64,000 nt of DNA from Prorocentrum cordatum. Taxonomy: Eukaryota. The stretch spans positions 1 to 64,000 of the forward strand of contig CAUYUJ010000098.1 in assembly GCA_963575745.1 (NCBI GenBank), given 5' to 3'. Both the position numbers and the translations under genes were made by a program. The first letter of the stretch is position 1; the number at the start of each line of letters is the position of its first letter. Shown here in pieces: positions 12,991 to 23,662 of the stretch. The notes beneath the pieces are model-generated. The model did not search any database. It saw nothing but the letters and a program-made list of their open reading frames with translations, and was not told where the DNA came from.

Positions 12991-14261
12991 AACATTTTGA
13001 AATCCAATTCCAACTCTGCTCGCGGAATCGTACCTTGCGGGAGACGCTCGAAAGGAATCGGCGGGAAGAACACGGTGATCAATTATTTCGTTGATAGTCT
13101 CACCTGTTTAAAAAATTGGAAAATCAATGAAAACGAGATTACGAAAATAGGGTCCCCTGGTGACGCTGCGAGCAACCGTGCTCGTGAGAGAAACGCTTCA
13201 AACGATACCCCTCTGGGATGAACTGTAACGCACACAAGCAACATGGTGAATATTGAAACCGCCAACTATAATAATTCCCGCCGCTCTTGCAGAACAAGCT
13301 ATTCAAACTGCAGCGCATCAATCGAAAAAAAATGAGAGATAAAAAATAAACCAAGGAACCTCAGCAGAAGGAGACATAAAACAAGAAAACATTAAAAACT
13401 GAGAATCAATAACACAAACTGCAACGCCGCCGGATTGTAACGCTGTAGTGTTGGAGGCATTCTGCGTGGCTGCGACAGCAAAGAATGCTGGAAGATTAAC
13501 TCTTGTCGCACGTTCGTAAACTTCTTCCTCTCGTCTGAAACGTTCTAACCGCTCGTGGGCTCTTTCTGCCTCTGCTTACACCGATTTCCCGGAACCTGGG
13601 CTTGCAATGCTCGTCACCTGGCTGCGTCGTCACTGCGCCTGCGTTTCTCGTTGATTCTGGGCATTGTAAACTTTCATATACTCTTTGACAAGCTTCGACT
13701 CACTTCTCTAGGCAAAATGTTCGTATTACTTTAACTGTACAACATGTTATGTACGTCGTAATACATTTCTTGGCACTCTCTTTACATTGTCTCTTTTCTA
13801 CTTGTGCAACTTGAATAGCAAATAATGTGATATTTACTACAGTATGTGAACTAATTTGAACGTCGCATATTTTTTGAATTCTCGATGTGGTGAATTCTAA
13901 ATCGATGTACGTTTTAAAAAATCTTGTTTTTTTTAATATGTATATTATATATAAATGATATATAACTAATACTGAATGTCTAACATAGTGCTTGCTCATC
14001 AATCACGTTACTTTAACATAGATGCCTGCACGTAAAATATAGTTCGATTCTAGTATTGATCGTCTGCCTGTCCATCTAAAAAATGATTCAAACATACAAA
14101 CCCACCCATGTGATAATGTTTCCGAAACCAGAAATTATTACAACGAACGCAATATACGGTAATGCATATTATATATATACATATATAAATATATACATAT
14201 ACATATATATACATATATATATACATATCGACAACACTCGAATCACGAGTTACACAAAAAA

Positions 14262-14490
14262 TACCTCGTGAGTTAATACTTTACATCTCGGGTATGCACA
14301 TCCACCTCCAGAAAAGTATTAACTCGCGAGTTGATCCCTTCTCATGCTCCCACCGACAGAAAAAAAAAGCATGAACTTGCGAGTTAATTCTTCTCATTTC
14401 CCACCGACAAGAAAAAGTATTATTAACTTGGGAGATAATTCTTTTGCTATCCAACGAGACACAAAGTATTAACTCGCAAGTTAATATTTT
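14262..14490 (+). repeat. Degenerate repeat of about 49 bp with palindromic core AACTCGCGAGTT
   Basis: About 5 variant copies of TTAACTCGCGAGTTAAT. Confidence 0.75.
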
Positions 14491-14547
14491 TCCAACCCTG
14501 GCCAGTGGTAACAATACTAGTCTATGTAGAAGTAACTTCGTGAGAGC

Positions 14548-14670
14548 AAGTAGTAGTGGTAGTGGCCATAGTAGTAGCAATAGTAGTAGTAGTAGTAGTA
14601 GTAAAAGTAATAGTAATAGTAGTAGCAGTTGCTGTACTAGTAGTAGTTAAACTACTTGTAGTAGTAATAC

Positions 14671-14709
<39 letters not shown>

Positions 14710-14712
14710 CAC

Positions 14713-14759
<47 letters not shown>

Positions 14760-14862
14760 CTAGTACTATTACTAGTAGTAATACTAGTAGTCGTAGTAGA
14801 AATAGAAGTTGTAGTAGTAGTAGTAGTAGTAGTAGTAGAAGTAGTCGTAGAAATAGTGGTAG
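14548..14862 (+). repeat. (TAG)n microsatellite
   Basis: Seen directly. Confidence 0.97.
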
Positions 14863-15103
14863 TCCATCTCTCCCAGTCATCCCCTATCTCTCCCTTCTCT
14901 CGTTTCCTTGTGAGCTGTCGTTGCTGTCGTCTGCCGTCGACCTTCTCTCTCACTCTCGCTTCTGCTCTTCCGCCGCGTTTCCGCGTTTCCTACCTGCTTG
15001 CTTTGGTGGTGCAGCTAGCTAGCTCTCTAAATCATAACCAGATTTTGAATTTGGTACTACTATAGAGAATAATACCGGAGAAAAAACCCAATCAGATGTT
15101 TGT

Positions 15104-15512
15104 TAGGGCTATAAGTCTGTAGGGCTATAGGGCTATTGGGCTATAGGGCTATACGGCTATCGAGCTGTACGGCTATCGGGCTATAGGGCTATAGGACTGT
15201 GACCTATAGGGCCATAGGCCTATAGAGCTATGGAGCTATAGAGCTATATTATCGGGCTGTAGGGCTATAGGGATGTAGGGCTATTAGGCTATTAGGGCTA
15301 TAGGGATATAAGGCTACAGGGCTACAGGGCTATAGGGCTATACGGCACAAAGGCTATAAGGCTATAGGGCTACTGCGCCCTTGGGCACCCCCGGGCACCC
15401 GGGCACCCGGGCACCCCCGGGCAACCCGGGCACCCCCGCGCACCCGCACACCCGGACACCCTGGCCCGGCCACCGAAATCGGCCACCCGGGCACTCCCGG
15501 GCACCCGGGCTC
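15104..15512 (+). repeat. (TATAGGGC)n 8-mer satellite followed by (GGGCACCC)n
   Basis: TATAGGGC units at about 15104-15372; GGGCACCC-type units at about 15383-15512. Confidence 0.9.
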
Positions 15513-16774
15513 CCACTGAAATCGGCCGCTCACCTCACCTCCGCTTTATATCCGCTAGCACCTACAGAACCAAGCTCTGATTGGGGAAATATCTGCACAA
15601 CAATTTCAATACCGACACCTGCAAATAGAATATTTATGGTCGCGCAAAAGCAATTCTCCGGCAGCGAAAAAGGCTAGCTACACGACGCGCCGCAAGCCAG
15701 CCTGCCCACTCACCAAGCAGTAGCGGGCTGTGCGCGAGGCTCACAGCTGGGGGCATCCAAGAAACTCAAACACATGTAATCTGACAAAATGCAGAAATTG
15801 AATGCATGCTGTAAAGTACGCATTGTATTGAAACAAATGAAACTGTAATTTATTATGAAACTAAACGCTCTGTAACGAAGAAAGACAAACATACATCAAC
15901 CTTAAAATGAATTACGCCGAAACCAAATAAAAAACTTCAAATAACATGCTCAACCTAATAAATTAGAATATCGCCTCAAATATCGAATGAAGAAATTAAA
16001 ATAACTGTATCTTGCATGTGTAACAGAACTGCTGAAAATACCAAACAATCAAAAGAGAGACAAAAAAAAATCGCAAAATCCGGAACCCAAAAAAACAAAC
16101 CACATCAACTCATCAATCGAATTAACAAGAAAACAATTGATTAGGACTGTCGAGTAATGCCGTACGTTACGTCTATAACAAAATCAAACATGGACCACTG
16201 AAACTGTCACTGATCCATCTCACCACCAATTGTATTTCAATGAAGAAATTTGCAGCGACGCGATTGAAGCATTCCCTTTGCCCAAATGGTGCCGTCTTGT
16301 CGTTTGAACACTTTTCCTTCGTGCTCTCTGTACTAATCCGAACGCCATGAAATTATTTGGGGAAAAATCATGCTCAAATTGTCCTGCGACGTTTCGGTGT
16401 TTAAATTTGTGGCGTTTCGGTACTCAAATGTATCCTCCGTCACTTCGGTGCTGAAATGTGTCCTGGCGTATCCGCACTCACATTTGCTGTTTGGGGCGTT
16501 TCAATACTCGAAAGTGTGTGCTCTAATGAGTCCTGCGGCGTTTCGTGCTCAAATCTGCTCTTTGCGGCGTTTCGAGACTAAAGTGTATTCTGCCGCTTAC
16601 TGTGTCCTCCGGTACTCAAATGTATCCTCTGTTATTTTGGTGCTCGAAGTGTCCTGATCGATGAAATTCGGAACTATGGTCGGGGTTATGGACATGGCCA
16701 AAACGAACTTCGACTCCTGACGACATATACGACACAGTTTCGGAAGATTCATCATCACAATTCATATTTTTCAA

Positions 16775-19700
16775 TCCCACCAGCCCTCTGGGCGTCGGTG
16801 GTTTAAGGCGTTTCCTCTTCCACCCCTCCCTCTTCCCCTTCGGGGAGGGGTTTACCCCTCCCCCTACCCCCTCCCCACTGACCTGGACAGGAGGGGCGGG
16901 GAGCGGTCAGAGCGTCCAAAACGGCCTCGGCGAGGAAGCCAAAATCATTGATTTTACTATGGTTTGGGCCCCATTTTAGCCTTCTGAGGGGGCAAGGCCA
17001 ATTAAAGCCCCCAGGATGTCCCAAGAGGCCGCAGGATAACCCCAAGATGGCCCCAAGAGGCCCCCCAAGAGGCCCCCAGGAGGCCCCCAAGAGACCCCCA
17101 AGAGGGCCCAATAGACCCCCCAGAGGCACCCAAGGTGCTCCCAGAGGCCTCGGCGATAATGTCAAACCATTGTTTGCACTAAGGTTTTAGCCACATGTTG
17201 GCCTCTTGGGGGGGGCACTGATTAAGATGACTCCAAGAGCGCCTCGGAGAGCCCAAAATGACCTCCAAGATGGCTCAAGAAATCCCAAGATGTCTCATAC
17301 TGGCTTCCTCTGTGTGCTGTCCACTTCCCTGATCGAGGCAATCCCACCAGCCCTCTGGGCGTCGGTGGTTTAAGGCGTTTCCTCTTCCACCCCTCCCTCT
17401 TCCCCTTCGGGGAGGGGTTTACCCCTCCCCCTACCCACTCCCCGTGGACCTGGAAGGGGAGGGCCGCGAGCGGTCAGAGCGTCCAAAACGGCCTCGGCGA
17501 GGAAGCCCAAATCATTGATTTTACTAAGATTTTGGCCCCGTTTTGGCCTCCTGAGGGGGCAAAGATGGCCCCAAGAAGCGCCCAGGAGGCCCAAAAGCCC
17601 CAAGATGGCCCCAAGAGGCCCCAAGAGGCCCCCAGGAGGCCCCAAACAGGATCCCGAATGGCCCACAGAGGCCCCCCGAGGCACCCAAGACGCCGAAAAG
17701 CCCCTCAGGACGACCCTCTACTCGCCTAGGCGTCGTTGCTGGACGGGCTGGTGGGGATACGCGAAGCGTTTCCCCACCAGCCCTCTGGGCGTCGGTGGTT
17801 TAGGGCGTTTCCTCTTCCACCCCTCCCTCTTCCCCTTCGGTGAGGGGTTTGCCCCTCCCCCTACCCCCTCCCCACTGACCTGGACAGGAGGGGCGGGGAG
17901 CGGTCAGAGCGTCCAAGATGGCCCAGGACGGCTCCAAGAGGGCGTCAGAGAGCCCAAGATCGCCTCCAAGATGGCTCAAGATAGCGCAAGATGCCTGAAG
18001 ATGATTCAGAAGACGTTCCAACACGTTCCAAGACCGCTCCAAGATGGTTCCAAGTGCCCACAAGAGCATCATTAGAGTGCCCTCAAAAGGCCGAAAATAT
18101 TCAAAACCCTAAGGAAAATCAATGTTTTTGGCGTTCTCAGTTTTTCGCTTCCGAAGCCCATCCGAGGCCTCAAGATGGCGCCAAGATGTCCCAACTGAGC
18201 CCCAACAGGGGCCCAAGAGAGCCTCAAGACTGCCTCAACAGCGTCCAAGAGCGCTCCAAGAGCGATCCAAGAGGGGTCCAGGAAGCGATTTTAGACAGTC
18301 TGGAGGGGCAGCGCTAATTAAAGCTCTGCTCTTCTTTGATAGATTTGCTCCATGATGCCCCCCCAGAGCGCCCCGATGGCGTCTAAAAGGACCCCAGACG
18401 CCCAAAAACTGCTTCAACATAAATTCAAGCGAGCGCTCGCGCGGGACGCGAAGCCCAGAATACTGCGAAAACACATGTAAGAGCAACCGAAACAATCAAA
18501 TGCTTCCCACAGAAATATGTAGGATGGGCTGGTGGGGATATATTCTTTACAGCCGCAGGCGGAAGCGCCGGCGGCGGCGGGTCACGGTCGGGCCGCGGCC
18601 GTGACGAATTACCCGGGCGCGCGCGGGGGCCGCGGATCAGGCGGCGGTGCGAGCTGCAACCCAGGGCGTCTGAGAGGCCAGGCGGCAGTGCAAGCTGCAA
18701 CCCAGGGAGTCTGAGGGGTCAGCAACCCAGGAAACAAGGCGGACGCGGCCAAAATGGCGCGCCGCACATCCCCAGTCATGGATCGTGTCGGACCGACAAT
18801 CGCATGGTGGTGGGAACCAGTCTCCGTGCAAGAAGGTGTCAGGAAGCCCAGGGTGTCAGTCGGGTATGAGCGGACCGAAGGCGTAGAGCTGACGTCGTCC
18901 AGCAAAGAAGGGAATTTCTGACAAGGCCAGCGCACCGTCGCAGCTTCAGAAAACGCACCCGGCGGCTGGCTGGTGGGGATACGCGAAGCGTCAAGAATCC
19001 CACCAGCCCTTTAGGGCGTAGGTGGTCTAGGGAGTTTCCTCTGCCAACCCCCTTCTTCCCCTTCGGGGAGGGGTTTACCCCTCCCCTTACCCCTCCCCAC
19101 TGACCTGGACGGGGCCGGTCGCGAGGTGTCAGAGCGTCCAAGATGGCCCAAGACAGCTCCAAGAGCGAACAGGCGAGAAAACACAAAACATTGATTTTAC
19201 CTAGGTTTTGGAAGGATTTTGGCATCTTGGGGGGGCCCAAGAGGCGACTCGAGGCACTCTGGAGGGGCGGGGCTAATAAGCAACCCACCCTTCTTTGATA
19301 GATCTCCTCCAAGATGGCCCAAAGAGCGCCCCGAAGGCTCCCAAGAGCGCCCCAAGAGCGCCTCAAGAGGGCCCCAAGAGACCCCAAGAGGCCCCCAAGA
19401 AGCCTCCAAGACGTTGCCAAGAGACCCCCAAGAGGCCCCAAGAGAGTCCAAGATGACCCAAGACGGCTCCAAGAGCGAAAAGGCGAGAAAGCAACAAACA
19501 TTGATTTTACCTAGGTTTTGGAAGGATTTTGGCCTCTTGGGGCGCCCAAGAGGCGACTCGAGGCACTCTAGAGGGGCAGCGCTAATTGGGGAACCCCCCT
19601 TCTTTGATAGATCTCCTCCAAGATGGCCCCAAGAGCGCCTCGAAGTCTCCCAAGAGCGCCCCAAGAGCGCCCCAAGAGGGCCCCAAGAGGCCCCAAGAGG

Positions 19701-20197
19701 CCCCCAAGAGGCCTCCAAGAGGCCCCCAAGAGACCCCCAAGAGGCCACAAGAGGCTCCCCGAGATACGCAAGAGGCCCCCGGGACCGCCAAGAGGCCCCA
19801 AGGACGGCCCAAGAGGCCCCCAAGCTCGCAATTGTCCTCCTCCTCCTCCTCCTCCTCCTTTTTTTCTTCCTCCTCCCTCCTCCCCCTCCCCCTCCTCCTC
19901 CTCCTCCTCCTCCTCCTTCTCCTTTTCCTCCTTCTCGTCCTCCTCGTCCTCGCAGTCCTCCATCTCCTCCTCCTTCTATTCCTCCTCCTCCTCCTCCTGC
20001 TCCTCCTCCTGCTCCTCCTCTTCCTCCTCCTACTCCGACGACGACGGCTCCTCCTACATCCTCCCCCTCTTGGGGTATATGGCGGCTCACCCCGCCCTTT
20101 GTTCTTCTGCATGCTCCCCCGCTTCCCTCATAACCTCCACTCCCCTGGGACTCATTTCTGGACGGGCTGGTGGGGATACGCGAAGCGTCTAGAATTT
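16775..20197 (+). mobile_element. Family B: four head-to-tail non-autonomous Helitron2/Helentron-like units (starts about 16775, 17342, 17771, 18998)
   Basis: Each unit starts CCCACCAGCCC within a hairpin. The complementary GGGCTGGTGGG followed by hairpin ACGC-GAA-GCGT occurs at 17745-17769, 18968-18991 and 20164-20188. Interior is CCAAGA-rich. The first unit lacks the 3' repeat. Confidence 0.75.
18541..18967 (-). mobile_element. 427-bp insertion with 14-bp target-site duplication, probably a LINE 3' fragment
   Basis: GGCTGGTGGGGATA at 18527-18540 and 18968-18981 flanks unrelated sequence and duplicates the family-B 3' repeat. Confidence 0.7.
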
Positions 20198-20464
20198 CTC
20201 GAGTATTCCGAAATAGTACAGGGAACATGGCCCAAAAAAACTATTTGATGCAATAATCTCTGTCAAATTATCAACAAGCGAGACAACAAATTATCCCGGC
20301 AAAGCAACCTAACAGCGATGTGTAGAAGCATATCTGAAAGCATTCCCCTTAAGATTCAGACGAAAATCCAGTTGCGAATTCTGCTGTTCTCGCAGTCGCA
20401 GTCGCATTCGCGATGACAGTCGCAGCGGCAACGGCAGTCGCAGTCACAGCCTCAGCCTAAGCCT

Positions 20465-21275
20465 GCCTCCTCCTCCTCCTGCTCTTTCTCCTGCTCCTCC
20501 TCCTCCTCCTCCTCCTCCTCCTCTTCCTCCTGCTCGTCCTCGTTCTCGTCCTCCTCGTCTTGCTCGTCCTCCTCATCCTGGTGCTCTCTCCTCCTCCTCC
20601 TCCTCCTCCTCCTCCTCCTCCTCCTCCTCCTACTCCTCCTGGTGTCCTCGTCTCCTCCTCCTGGTGCTCTCCCCCCCCCTTCCTCCTCGTCCTCGCTCAT
20701 CCCTCCTCCTCGTCCTCCTCCTCTCTTCCTCCTCCTCCTCCCCTCCTCACTCCTCCTCCTGTTATCCTCCCCCTCCCTACCCCTCCTCCTCCTCCTCATC
20801 CTCCTCCTCCTGTTCGTCCTCGTTCCGTCCTCCTCGTCATGCTCGCCTCCTCCTCCTGGTAGTTCTCACGTCCTCCTCCTCCTCCCTCCTCCTCCTCCTT
20901 CCTCCTCCTCCTACCTCACTCCACCTCCTCCTCCTGGTGTCCTCGTTCTCGCTCCTCCTGTACTCTTCCCCCCCCCCCTCCTCCTCCCTCCTCGTCCTCG
21001 TCCTCCTCCTCTCCTCCTCCTCCCTTCCTCCTCCTCCTCCTCCTCCTCCTCCTCCTCCTCCTCCTCCTGGTACTTTCCTCCCCCTCCCCTCCTCCTCCTC
21101 CTCCTCCTCCTCCTCTTCCTGGTCGTCCTCCTCCTCCTGGTCGTCCTCCTCCTCCTGCTCGTCCTCCTCCTCCTCCTGCTCGTCCTTCTTCTCCTGCTCC
21201 TCCTGCTCCTCGTCCTGCTCCTGCACGTCCTCGTCCTCCTGGTCTTGCTCGTCCTCCTCCTCGTCGTGCTCTTGC
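20465..21275 (+). repeat. (TCC)n degenerate microsatellite
   Basis: Seen directly; similar tracts at about 19834-20060, 27222-27340 and, as GGA, 62030-62138. Confidence 0.95.
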
Positions 21276-21283
21276 CCCTGCTG

Positions 21284-21857
21284 AAAATGTGGCCCAGGAA
21301 TGGGAGTTCTGGGAAGTCGAAGAGCACAAAGTTGCCTACAGTTGGCTACGGGCATTCAAAATGTGGCCCGGGACTGGAGTTCTGGGAACTCGAAGAGCAC
21401 GAAGTGGCCTACAGTTGGCTCCGGGCATTCAAAATGTGGCCCGGGAATGGAGTTCTGGGAACTCGAAGAGCACGAAGTGGCCTACAGTTGGCTCCGGGCA
21501 TTCAAAATGTGGCCCGGGAATGGAGTTCTGGGAACTCGAAGAGCACGAAGTGGCCTACAGTTGGCTCCGGGCATCCAAAATGTGGCCCGGGAATGGAATT
21601 CTGGGAACTCGAAGAGCACGAAGTGTGTGACTGTTGCATCCGGCCCTCCAGAATGTGGCCCGGGAATGGAGTTCTGGGAACTCGAAGAGCACGAAGTGTG
21701 TGACTGTTGCATCCGGTTATTCTAAAGGTGGCCCGGGAATGGCGTTCTGGGATCTCGAAGAGCACGAAGTGTGTGACTGTTGCATCCGGTTATTCAGAAT
21801 GAGCCTGGGAATGGAGTTCTGGGAAGTCGAAGAGCACGAAGTGTGTGACTGTTGGTG
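21284..21857 (+). repeat. 73-bp tandem repeat, present in all six family-A copies
   Basis: Unit AAAATGTGGCCCGGGAATGGAGTTCTGGGAACTCGAAGAGCACGAAGTGGCCTACAGTTGGCTCCGGGCATTC (period 21431 to 21504); other arrays at about 23017-23520, 27345-27765, 31610-32070, 35826-36180 and 39687-40112. Confidence 0.96.
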
Positions 21858-22300
21858 AAAAACGAGTTCGGCACAGGCCCGCCCGGCAACTCCCAACACC
21901 TGCCCGGACCCCCCTGTGGAGTGATCTGTGAGCTCTTTTGACACTACTAGAAACCTATCAGTCTTCGCTGTTAGGTAAATACGTTATGCCGACATATAAT
22001 TGAATCGTGCATATGATCATTCCCGTGACATGGAAGCAATAATGAAATTGGCGCGAGCAGAAACAATATACGTTCGGAACGCACGCGCAAACCTGGAAAA
22101 GGGTAAGTATGATATTTTCCGGCACATGTTTCTACGGAATTCTTTACGTCACAAAAAAGGGAACATACAAAAATATGCAATGTCATTATGTGCAGGGAGC
22201 AGGCTATTCTGAACATTCAACATTCATTGAAACTGTTCACAGAAAGCATTTCGTTGACCGCATCCCTTGAAGGCCGTCAAATTCCAAGAATAGAAAAAAA

Positions 22301-23660
22301 AATATCCCGGCAAAGCAACCTAACAGCGATGTGTAGAAGCATATATGGAAGCATTCCCCTTAAGATTCAGATGAGAATCCAGTTGTAGAGTTCTGCTGTT
22401 CTCGCAGTCGCAGTCGCATTCGCGATGACAGTCGCAGCGGCAACGGCAGTCGCAGTCACAGCCTCAGCCTCAGCCTGCCTCAGCCTCAGCCTCAGCCTGC
22501 CTCAGCCTCAGCCTGCCTCAGCCTCAGCCTCTGCCTGCTTCAGCCTCAGCCTCAGTCTGCCTTCAGCCTCGGCCTCAGCCTCGGCCTGCCTCAGCCTCAG
22601 CCTGCATCAGCCTCAGCCTCAGCCTCAGCCTGCCTCAGCCTCAGCCTCAGCCTGCCTCAGCCTCAGCCTCTGGTGCCTCAGCCTGCCTCAGCATCAGCCT
22701 GCCATACCCCCTAAAGCCTCACCTCAGCCTCACATCAGCCTATCCTCACATCAGCCTGCCCTCAACGTCTGCCTCCAGCCTGCTCAGCAAAGTCTGCCTT
22801 CGCCTCACCTCACCTCAGCCTGCTCACATCCGCCTAGCCTCAGCCTCAGCCCTCAGCCCACCTAGCCTCATCCTCAGCCGTCCTCCGCGTCTGCCTCCAG
22901 CCTGCCTTCAGCCCTCGCCTCGCCTCAGCCTGCCTCAGCCTCATCAGCCTCAGCCTGCCTGCCTCAGCCTCAGCCTCAGCATCAGCATCACCATTCTCAG
23001 CCTCTGCATCAGCATCAAAATGCGGCCCGGGAATGGAATTCTGGGAAATCGAAGAGCACGAAGTGGCCTACAGTTGGATCCGGGCATTCAAAATGTGGCC
23101 CGGGAATGGAGTTCTGGGAACTCGAAGAGCACGAAGTGGCCTACAGTTGGCTCCGGGCATTCAAAATGTGGCCCGGTAATGGAGTTCTGGGAACTCGAAG
23201 AGCACGAAGTGGCCTACAGTTGGCTCCGGGCATCCAAAATGTGGCCCGGGAATGGAGTTCTGGGAAATCGAAGAGCACGAAGTGGCCTACAGTTGGCTCC
23301 GGGCAACCAAAATGTGGCCCGGGAATGGAGTTCTGGGAACTCGAAGAGCACGAAGTGGCCTACAGTTGGCTCCGGGCATTCAGAAGGTGGCCCGGGAATG
23401 GAGTTCTGGGAGGTCGAAGAGCACGAAGTGGCCTACAGTTGCAATCCGGCCCTCCAGAATGTGGCCTGGGGAGTGAGTTTTCCTGGGGAAGTCGAAGAGC
23501 ACGAAGTGTGGTGACTGTTTGAGAAAAAACGAATGTGCACAGGCCCCGCGGGCCACTCCGGCAAGCGACCGAGCCCGGACCCCGCCTGTGGGGAGTGACT
23601 TGGTGAGCTGCTTTTATATCCAGCTAAATACATATGCGCGTGAGGCGCGCAGCTTTAGGA
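22301..23660 (-). mobile_element. Family A copy 2 (non-coding; CCTCAG tract plus 73-bp array; degenerate right terminus)
   Basis: Left terminus TATCCCGGCAAAGCAACCTAACAGCGA intact; right end noisy and abuts copy 3. Confidence 0.7.
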
Positions 23661-23662
23661 GT

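Larger units (their letters stand above)
20288..21976 (-). mobile_element. Family A copy 1 (non-coding; TCC tract plus 73-bp array)
   Basis: ACCTAACAGCGA at 20307-20318 and TCGCTGTTAGGT at 21965-21976; same termini as copies 2-6. Confidence 0.8.

Noticed and set aside
15104..15372. TATAGGGC array as telomere
   Set aside because: The unit is 8 bp and differs from TTTAGGG; the array is internal and degenerate.
21284..21857. 73-bp arrays (and the 89, 90 and 98-bp arrays) as CRISPR
   Set aside because: Whole units repeat with no unique spacers, there are no cas genes, and the context is eukaryotic.
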